Assembly: GCA_010093815.1 (NCBI GenBank)
Contig: ML996575.1
Direction: 5' to 3' (one strand)
Source: Pseudovirgaria hyperparasitica
Taxonomy: Eukaryota
DNA length: 64,000 nucleotides
The first letter of the stretch is position 1; each line of letters begins with the position of its first letter. The notes under the pieces were generated by a model that did not search any database, was not told where the DNA came from, and worked only from the letters and a program-made list of their open reading frames with translations. This document shows, piece after piece, positions 52,701 through 64,000 of the stretch. Both the position numbers and the translations under genes were made by a program.

Positions 52701-53939
52701 AGTTTAATAAGGGAGGAAGCTAGAGTCTACTCGGCTTCCTTAAGATAAGGAATAGAGTATACTATTAAAAAGGGGCTTACTTAGCTTTATTAAGCGAGGA
52801 GGGAGTAGTAGCGTAGGCGTAGTACGCCAGCGTTAAGTATACCTAGGGTCTACCCTTAATATATCCTATAGAATTAGACTATATAGAGTTCTACTTAGAG
52901 TGGTATCTACTTATATATCTATCTACTATACTTTATAGAAGTTCTTTCTTACTTTATATATCTCTTATATAATAAAGAATTAAGGTATATATAGTTCTAC
53001 TTCGAGTTATATCTACTTAAACGGCCATCTAGTAGAAGATTACGAGGTTCATTCTTATTTTATCGATCTTTTATATAGTATAGGATTAAGCTATATACAG
53101 TTCTACTTCAAGTAGTATCTACTTAAATAGCTATCTAGTAGAAGATTAAAAGGTTCTTTCTTATTCTATATCTTCTCTATGAACTATGATAGTAAGCTTG
53201 TACTTTATGAAGCATACAGGTTATAGTAGTGATTCAAGCAAGTTAGACACGGTCTACGAAAACTTACATGTAGACAGATGGCCAATGGGTGCAGCAACCT
53301 CGATATCAATGGTTCATACACGGCTTGCTTGCTGGGCCTCTGGAAAAGGTAGTAGCTGTTCGATGACATGGAGAAGCTCAAGGTCCCTAAACGCATCAAT
53401 AGGTGAAAGCAAGAAAGCCGGCGTCCTATACGGGGGGTAGGCGACAAAGGCACAGTCTAGAGAGAGCCTGGAATCGAGAAATCAGAGTCTGGAATGCAAG
53501 CAGAGGAGCAGAAATGTGGTAGTGGCAGACGCCTCTAAGTACATACAAGGGCACAATACAGAGATTAAGAGGAAGTCAAAGGGAGGGAAAGTAGAAGTAT
53601 AGATGGAGTGGCGGAGAGGATGAATACGCACGATGAAGATCGAGGAGTAGCACTGGAAGTCAATGGTGTAATCATATAAGATAGGATAGCGTGTGTACGT
53701 TGTGAAGTGGGAAGGAGTTTCAACCGTGCGAAGAGGATGGTGCAATGACCAGGAGGCAGTCCCATGACAGGGAAGAGCGCTATAATAGCATACGTACCTT
53801 CACTTAGCTTATGCCTCAAGTCTACTACTCATACTATAAAGAACCGTCGAATACTTATGATGTACCGTAGCTATGTAATATAGTATACCTAGTTGGATGC
53901 ATATGCTATGATATGCTATACCTTATTAACCTTCCGCGC

Positions 53940-55670
53940 TTAAAAGTCACCAACACCGACAGCGAGCGGGTTGTAGAAGACCTGGTCAGGATCGACCCTC
54001 ATCTTGATATCAAGCAGTCTTGGGTATATATCTTCACCATAGTACAGGAAATGGGCTTCCTCGGCGGTCAAGTCAGGATCGATGTAGTTTGCGTACGCAC
54101 CAAAGGCTGTTTCAGGCATACTTTCGGTCATGGCGTCGTTGAAATTATCGAGAAAGGGCCTTAGACCCTCGTTGAAGACGTTGCCGGCGGCAACAGAAGC
54201 ATAGTTCTGAACGACCCAGATGCTGTCGCGGTCCTTGTAGGAGCTCCACTCGGCATCGTAGATGTTGATCTGACTATCCGGTCCTCCATACAGGTTGACG
54301 ATGGAGAACCAGCTAGATGGCGCGGCGACTGTTGCGCCTTGAGTAGCAGCATAGGTGAAGTAGTCCGTCATGGCAGCTTCAGTCATAGGGTCGGGGATTG
54401 TCAAGCTTTTGGCGTAGAAGATGTCGTGGGTGTTGTATTGGCCTGGCTCTTCAGGCTGTTGAAGACTATTGATATCTTCGAAACCATAGAAGAGGGCTTG
54501 GCTCTCCAGCCAGCTGACCTCACGAACATCTGTCGCTGCACCAGATCCAGTGCGCGGGGGCGGGAGGCCTTTTAGAAGTTCTGGTGCAATGCGATTGTTC
54601 CATTCGTCCAGAGTACCGAAGAACTTGCCACGCAATAGGAAAGTAGAGGGTCCAAGGAACCAACCCCAGGTGGAACGTCGGTCCTGAAATTCAGGATTGA
54701 GAGCAAAGTCTTGGATTTCCTGGAGAGAAGCCACCGAGGTAGGTACATCGATAAGGATATCGGTGAGATCATAGACCCAGTACACAAGCTTCTCCGGAGC
54801 CAACTGAGTTCTCACATGAAACTTGGTGACAATGCCTATGCTATCTGCTGCACCACGAAGAGCCTAGCGATGTTTAGTTGGGAAGACGAGTGATCAATCG
54901 TCTACTTACCCAGTAGACGTCTTCGTTTTCAGTTGGAGAGACGGTTGAGATTGAGCCATCAGCGAGCACGACTTCCATAGCTATGAGGTGATCAAGTGCC
55001 AAGCCCCACAAACGCGAATCGTATCCGTAACCTCCATGAGTGATGTGACCTGTTTGCTGGACATTAGTAACGCGTAAAGCTCCAATCAAGGCTCTCCTCA
55101 CCCCCGATGCCGATATTAGAGCACGTGCCATGGCTCATAGCACGTTTGCCCTGCGCATAGAGCATATCATCTACATTACCAAGACGAACGCCACCTTCAA
55201 TGATAGCAGTACCATCAGCCTGGTTAACGGTGACTGTATTGAGCGATGCCAAGTCGATCACCAAGCTGCCATTTTGACCACCGGAACTGAAGGATGCGTA
55301 AGAGTGACCACCGGACTTTGCTTGGACCTGGTAAAGACCATGTGAGCATAAGCAGAGCAGCCTCTGACAGTCAAGTCAGTTACGAGATGAGAATGCTTAT
55401 TCCCACCTTGATATGGCAGTTCCTGGCGCAAAGCACACCATGCGAAACATGTTCAGGGTTGTCTGCAGTGACAACTGCAGCTGGAGTGTAGTTGAGACGA
55501 AGATTGAAAGGTTCTATCAAGCTGGCCCACTGAGGACTATCGCTGAAGTAGGATGGGGTTTCGGTAGTGTCTAGACATTTCTTCAAACAAGCTGAATCTG
55601 AAGCAAATACTGAAATGGCGCAGACGAAAGCTGAGACTAGTAACGTGGATGTGAGGCGAGAACAATTCAT
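53940..55670 (-). CDS. Secreted FAD-linked oxidoreductase, BBE-like / CAZy AA7 glucooligosaccharide oxidase-like
   Basis: Signal peptide MNCSRLTSTLLVSAFVCAISVFA. FAD-binding SGGHSYASFS and HGTCSNIGIGG|HITHGGYG (His and Cys of bicovalent FAD). C-terminal BBE motif AYANYIDPDL...YYGEDIYPRLLDIKMRVDPDQVFYNP. Introns near 55345-55404, 55050-55100 and 54855-54909. Confidence 0.9.
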
Positions 55671-57484
55671 GATGGTAAAATTCGAGAAGACAAACGTGTA
55701 TATGAGGCCGGAATAGACTTCGTTAATGTCTGAACTGAGTCAGTTGTTCTAGACAACGAGAAAGCTCTGTAATCTGACAGGACTGTAGAAAATCAAAGCC
55801 CGTTTCAAAGAGCAGAGTCGAAGCTTCATATACTCATCAAAAGAGCAGGGACCGGATTACTGCTTCGAAGCCCAGCAGGCGGAGATGAACTTGGCCGTTC
55901 TTGGTTGTTGCTGCCTCGCGGAGTGGTTCCCGCTGAGATCAGAGTAGAAAGATCTGAGGCACGTGTGGCAAGAGCGATATTAAGCTTCTGCCGTAAATTA
56001 CATAAATTATTGACGCGGCCTCTAACCACCTCGCAGATGTGTATAGCAGTCGTCATGTGTCGAAAGGGGTATAGGCAGTCCAGAAATGGCGAACGCTATA
56101 CGGCAGATCCTGCTAACACAGCATTACGTGGGATCGACCAAAGGAGCGCGTTCCTGGCGGATTGTGAGCACACGACAAGGCAGTCCTGTGCAGAGATTGG
56201 ATTGGTTCCAGAATCCGTAGGATATTCAATATGGGGGCGCAAGCTTATTGGAGTCATCATCTCAAGTGGAGTGGGGACGATTACCAGTCGACCATATACT
56301 GACGGATGACGGATGACGGAAGACGAGGTGCCTCGCCGAGTGAAGGCGTTGATCCGAGAAAAAGAAAGCTCAGCTAGTTGAGTGATGAGGGCGGCACGGA
56401 TTGTACGATGTTGCTCCCGTGCAATGACCATTGACCATCTCATCTACCTGTGCGTCGTTCCCCAGGTAAGTTTATGATCAATCCGGGATTCCAGCCATAT
56501 AGAGTCATATCAAATATGTAGCGTGGAGCATTGCCATCAGTCGTATTACTACACCGTCCGGTCACGGGGACACTTGGATGGAGTGTATGGAGGGTTTGTA
56601 AGACATGGGATGCTTGCGAAATCGACCTCATTCGTACAGCTGCATTTCCCCGCAAAGTCGCGTAGTTGTTTGCCCCATGAAACAAAGGCTGTACTATATA
56701 TTAGTGCGCGCGGTATGAAGGTAAAGAGAATGGATGACTAAATGAATGAATGAAGAGTCTGGGCACGAACGAGCACGAGCATGAATGAGGCTCAAGGAGT
56801 CTTGGAAGAGCCGACGATGACATGTCTCGTGATGAAAGATGCGCGACCGCGTGCCGATCACTGCGCTGCGTTCGTAGGAAGGTTGTCCGCTTTGGATATT
56901 CTGGGTCTTCCGGGTTTGTTCGCTGGGATGGTGGAATCGAAGGATGTAATACAAGTAAGACGCTGACACGAACAAGCGGACACGGCGACTATCACCGGCT
57001 TCAATAGAGCTGAGGCTGCGTTGACGCGCACGTGATTTGTGCTCTGGGCCTCGATACTTCTTGAAGGTGAGGTGTGTGTTGGGTATACAGAGTACTATTT
57101 ATTATTATATATATAGTGGAGGGATGGCCCTGTTATCTGCGCGATTTTACGCCTGAGTTTTATTTTCTCTCCGTTTTCATTAATAGATATAGCCCGTTTC
57201 ATATCAACACCCGGGAAGAAACCAGGAAGATGCCAAGCCCTCCTGCAATTCGCCAAAAACTCTCTCCATCATGGGAGCTGTGCGTACCCTATGTAGTAGA
57301 ATATATACCTCATACCTACCAGTGCCTATGCTATAAAGCCTCAGGCTCTAGCATTTTCTCGCATCTTCCACATTGAAGAAACAAGCACACAAGAGACAGA
57401 CTGCTCCAAGTCCATCTGTACTCATTCAAGTGCTTCCAAACCCATCATTAATTCGCAAAAGAAGCCACTGTACCTTTCAACCGG

Positions 57485-58053
57485 ATGTATGCGCTCAAGA
57501 GCTCTCTCATTTCCCTCTGTACCATAGGCCTTATCTGGCTGCTCTGTTCTCCTGTATCTGCTAGCAAACTGGACAGCATCAGCACCCCCTTTACAATACA
57601 AGTTAACGGCGCACCCATCGCCGCTATCACCGACGATGCTGAGAATGAGACTCAAGTCTCAGTAGGGCCGAAACCAGCAGTCTTCACTTTACATAATGGT
57701 CGTCTTCAGTCAGGTAAATGGCTCTTAGGACGTTCAGCGACGGAAGACCGAAGCCTTCTGCCCAAGAAAGTCCTGTGGTTCAAGCCTGGTGTAACGAATT
57801 CTGCGGGTATACTACCAGTCACAGCCCATCAAGATGAGAAATCGTATCTCTTGAAATTTTCCAGTACGTCTTCTGTGCGATGTGAATATATGGTTCGCTG
57901 CTGACACATGCACAGATGGGTGTCTGGTAGAACAAAACGGCAAAATCTTTGCGGCCTTGATGGGTGGTAAGTAGTTCTCATAGTCGACACAGTTGCATTT
58001 CTTTCTAAACAAACGCAGAATACAACTCAAATTGTGCGGTTATCATACAGTAA
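57485..58053 (+). CDS. Small secreted protein resembling mycospin/I66 serine-protease inhibitors
   Basis: join(57485..57863,57915..57966,58019..58053), about 154 aa. Hydrophobic signal peptide. Motifs LGRSATEDRSLLPKKV and YLLKFSNGCLVEQNGKIFAAL. The gene model is good; the function is inferred. Confidence 0.7.
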
Positions 58054-59737
58054 AGGGATAAGACGAGCAGAGGTAGGACATGTGGAACTGGCAAAGATTG
58101 CAGCGACTTATCCGGCGATGAACTGGACGTCAATTGGGCGATCATGGGCTTAGTGGTATTACCCTCCTGTAAGAGACGTCGAGGGGACTTGGTGATTGGA
58201 ATTGGTTGTATAGAGTGATATATGAGAGTTGCAATGCCCTGCTTCATTCATGAGTGTAAAGTTGAATAGTAATTACCAAGATAAGCATTTATTGCCTGAG
58301 GCGTCAAATCACATGCAGTATAGCCCCTTGCCATCACGTGCATCTGCATCCAGCCACGGTTTCATCTTTCATCTTTCAATTTGCATCTTTCGTCTTTCAT
58401 TCTTCAACTTCCTCTCAAGTCATGTCCGTCACCTCCCTGTCTGTCCCTGTCTCGTTCAACTGGGCCTATAGCGATACCCAACGACATGCAATCACTCAGT
58501 CCTCCAATCCGCTGTCTATTCACACCCTTTCCCACTGGCAGGGTAGGCGATATCCGGAGGCGATAGGTCACGCCAAGCAATGGTGCTTTGTTTCTATGGG
58601 AGACTATCTAGGTAGTGCCACCAGTCACACTCAATATCAGCCATCCCGCAAACAAGCCAACAAAACTGTCGTTATAGGGACATCCAACAGGCATAGGCAT
58701 AGGTACAAACAAAGCATAGACATACCAAGATTGGCACAACATACTTCCGATCGGGCGCAGGGTCCTGAAGTTCATGCATTCGCCAACAGGATCCATCTTG
58801 TCCATTCGTCGAATGTCGAGCATCCCGTCTCCGCCCTATGAACTGCCTATCTGGGCTAAACGTCTCCAGTGCTCAGCATGTCCGCTCGTGTCTAAGGCCT
58901 GTCAACTATTCAGCTATCCTTTCATATACTACCACCACGCGTGCTATCCTCGTCCAACCCGAGACGAGTCCGAGATGATGCTGCATGTCTGGTACCTCTG
59001 GTCTCTACCAAATATGGCAGCTCTGTTCGCTCCTTGGCCAGCTTGTTCCTCATCTTGTTGCCCGAATTTTGGGCCCCTCGCTTCGTCTTCTTGGTTTCGG
59101 CCTTAATGCATAGAGAGATCAACAGATCCCCCACCTGCTTCGGGCCTTTAGTCGATCATCATACCCACCTGTCGCCCAGGGCCTGTTGCTTGATCGTATC
59201 TCGAGCACATGTGCCATGTCACACGGACCATAACCATAAATATTCCCAGACCGTCTTTCTGTGCAACCTGATACTCGAGAAACTGAGACTGCGTATCACA
59301 ATGAATACACAATCAGAGCTTCCACAAGCTTCACAGAGCACGGGAGTGGACCTGACGCAGCAGAGCCTCAGGAACGCTGCTGCATGCCAATGACTAGCAG
59401 CACGCCCATGTTTAGAAGGCGAGCGATGTGAAATAAGACATTTCAGATTAATCCAATACCCTGGAGCAAGGGACGAGATAAGCCAAAGTATCAACTGCCT
59501 GATCGGCGTGCCACTGCAGCAGCTACATCGGCCAGCGCCTATGTTATTGCATGCTCTGGCATATGGCAATGCCATGTCCCCACGCAGCCGTACTTAGCGC
59601 TGTCCTCTTGTCAGTCACTGGTGTCGCAGTCCCACCGTCCGTCTATACGTCCGCATTCGCCAGTCGGAACATTGGCAAACACGTATCTAATCCCGGACCA
59701 AGCAACCTTAGCTATCTGGTTGCCAAGTATTGCTTAG

Positions 59738-60908
<1,171 letters not shown>

Positions 60909-62232
60909 GCGCATTCTTTCCGATCGTCGGAGAAACGGACGTGGCATTGCGGAGATTTATGGTTTAGGGGGTTGGGCACTGGTGATGAGCTGGATGATGA
61001 GTTGGCGGGCTTGACGTTTATGTTTATGTTGATGTTGATGTTGATGCATATGTAGGCGTTTCCATTCTACGTGGCGATAGTTCCGGAGTTTATTCTTCAA
61101 ATCTAGTTACCTTCACACTTTACTTGACCATCTTGTCCGTGCTCATCATCGGTAATCCGAACACATGACCGGATATCCTCCGGCTCCACAAGCACCAGCA
61201 CAAGCTGTCCCAGCACCATCCATCATTCCATTCCCCTCTAGTAACCCTACCTTCCATTAGAAACGCCACGCCACAAAGAAAAGGCAATACGTCAACAATG
61301 AATCCAGTAATTGACACCACTTACCCCTTACGCATGCCACGCCGCGCCACATATCACAATCGCCATCTGAACGCACGACACCATACGCCCATCCCCACCA
61401 CCACGCATCAAACCCATGATTTATGCGTCCTTCCCCGCAGTCTCTATCCATAAATCACAAATCCTATCTAGTCAAACCCTATTCTATCCTATCCTAATCA
61501 CCACTAACGAACCGAATACCTCCCCCCCCCCTAAATGCTAAAAGAAAACACATATATGACAATACTTTGATCTTGCCAAAAAAAAGAAGGACGTACGTAG
61601 ATTGATGAACTAAGTAAAAAAATCTCCAACGCTGCTCTACTATTCCACTGCCCTACTGCCCTCCTACCATACTACTCTACTGGGCGGAATGTCAGCAAGC
61701 ACTCCAGGTTGGAACGTTCACAGAAGATGGCGCACCCCCGTGCGACTGGAATGTTGATGGGGAAATACAGTGCTGTCGAGCTGGGGTTCGTGGTTGGGCG
61801 GTGGCTCTACTGGCTTTTATCAAAACCCCGAGCCTCCGATCGGGGAGGGGATGGGAAGGTGGGGGCTTGGAGATCGGGGATTATATGTTTTGTGTGGGAG
61901 GGTGGGTGTGCGTGTGTGTCTGTGATAGAAAGAGGCGTGGTGTGGCGTGGCGTGGTGTGGGAATGTGGTTAATTGCAGGAATGTGATTGTAAATCTTGGA
62001 TGGGATGGAATGTGTATTGGGAAATTCTTGGATTGGGTAGAATGTACTGTAGATAGTGGATGCGATGGAATGTATTGTGTATACACATCCCCAGCAAAAG
62101 GTATGAGAGAACATGGGGGATGTTAGTTATGTTGGGTCTTTGAGTATGCACATTGTGTATAATGCGCTGACACTTGATTATTGAATGCATAAATTTTGTC
62201 TAAGGTCATGAAATGTCATTAATTAATATGCT

Positions 62233-63630
<1,398 letters not shown>

Positions 63631-64000
63631 TATGGAGACTGAGCCCGAGTATCAAAGTCGACTTGTCTGACGAGCCAGTGCTCTGATCTGGGACCCGGTC
63701 CATTACTTATATCCCACGAGTGTCCAACGCATAACTGCCTCGGTGGAGCATAGCATGCATACAGAGCCGGTTGTTGTCGCTGGTAATGCTGTATATCAAA
63801 CGTCCGCAAGCTGACGCATATCAGGGGGAGGATAAATCCAGCCTTTCGAATAAAGTGTTTGCCCAGAATTGCATGTTGTAGCATCAAAAAAGACATGTAT
63901 CTCGTGTTTCGACTGTGACTTTTCAGAAGATCTCACATCGTTTACTGGCGAAGCGGAGGCAGGATAGGACGGATCGTGCCGTGCCAACCTTGCGCCCCTG

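Larger units (their letters stand above)
25598..52861 (-). mobile_element. Ty3/Gypsy chromovirus, element B (about 7.8 kb own length), interrupted by C and A2
   Basis: 215-bp LTRs 25598-25812 and 52647-52861. TSD TATTC (25593-25597) / TATCC (52862-52866), one C>T apart. PPT GGAGAGAGGGGG (minus strand) next to 25813. RT YID(N/D) motif near 49670. Chromodomain (de-RIP) EWxVEEIL...EVLVKWAGY...WEP near 47200-47310. Confidence 0.93.
16200..53185. other. RIP-mutated AT-rich repeat island
   Basis: Abrupt shift to TpA excess and CpA/TpG depletion. LTR pairs differ mostly by C>T and G>A. No long ORFs in 37 kb. Confidence 0.95.

Noticed and set aside
52862..53185. Satellite as a 36-aa repeat protein gene
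   Set aside because: The measured period is 106 bp, not a multiple of 3, so the reading frame shifts between units.
16200..53185. Centromere or Starship element
   Set aside because: Fully explained by four LTR elements plus satellite. No tyrosine-recombinase captain seen. A centromere cannot be called from sequence alone.

Overview
Eukaryotic DNA from a filamentous ascomycete (GT-AG introns with CTAAC/CTGAC branch sites, strong RIP signature). Three zones. (1) 1-11.8 kb, gene-rich: an NTO1-like PHD chromatin gene (runs off the left edge), a divergent ERS1/cystinosin-like PQ-loop transporter and an RGS-LOV blue-light photoreceptor. (2) 11.8-53.2 kb, accessory: a microsatellite with an assembly gap, degenerate tandem repeats, one orphan gene, then a ~37 kb RIP-mutated AT-rich island. 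The island is a 106-bp satellite carrying four complete Ty3/Gypsy elements, all with paired LTRs and TSDs: A 16604-24649, and B 25598-52861 containing nested C 25866-37307 and A2 38749-46762. All three families carry extra cargo between pol and the 3' LTR. The two chromovirus families (A/A2, B) carry antisense, intron-containing genes that de-RIP to Cys-rich proteins, and C carries a ~1000-codon sense ORF. (3) 53.9-63.6 kb, secreted-protein cluster: AA7/BBE-like FAD oxidase, a small secreted protein resembling mycospin (I66) trypsin inhibitors, a trypsin (S1) and a proteinase K-like subtilisin (S8). De-RIP translations were done by eye and family calls come from recognised motifs; no searches were run.
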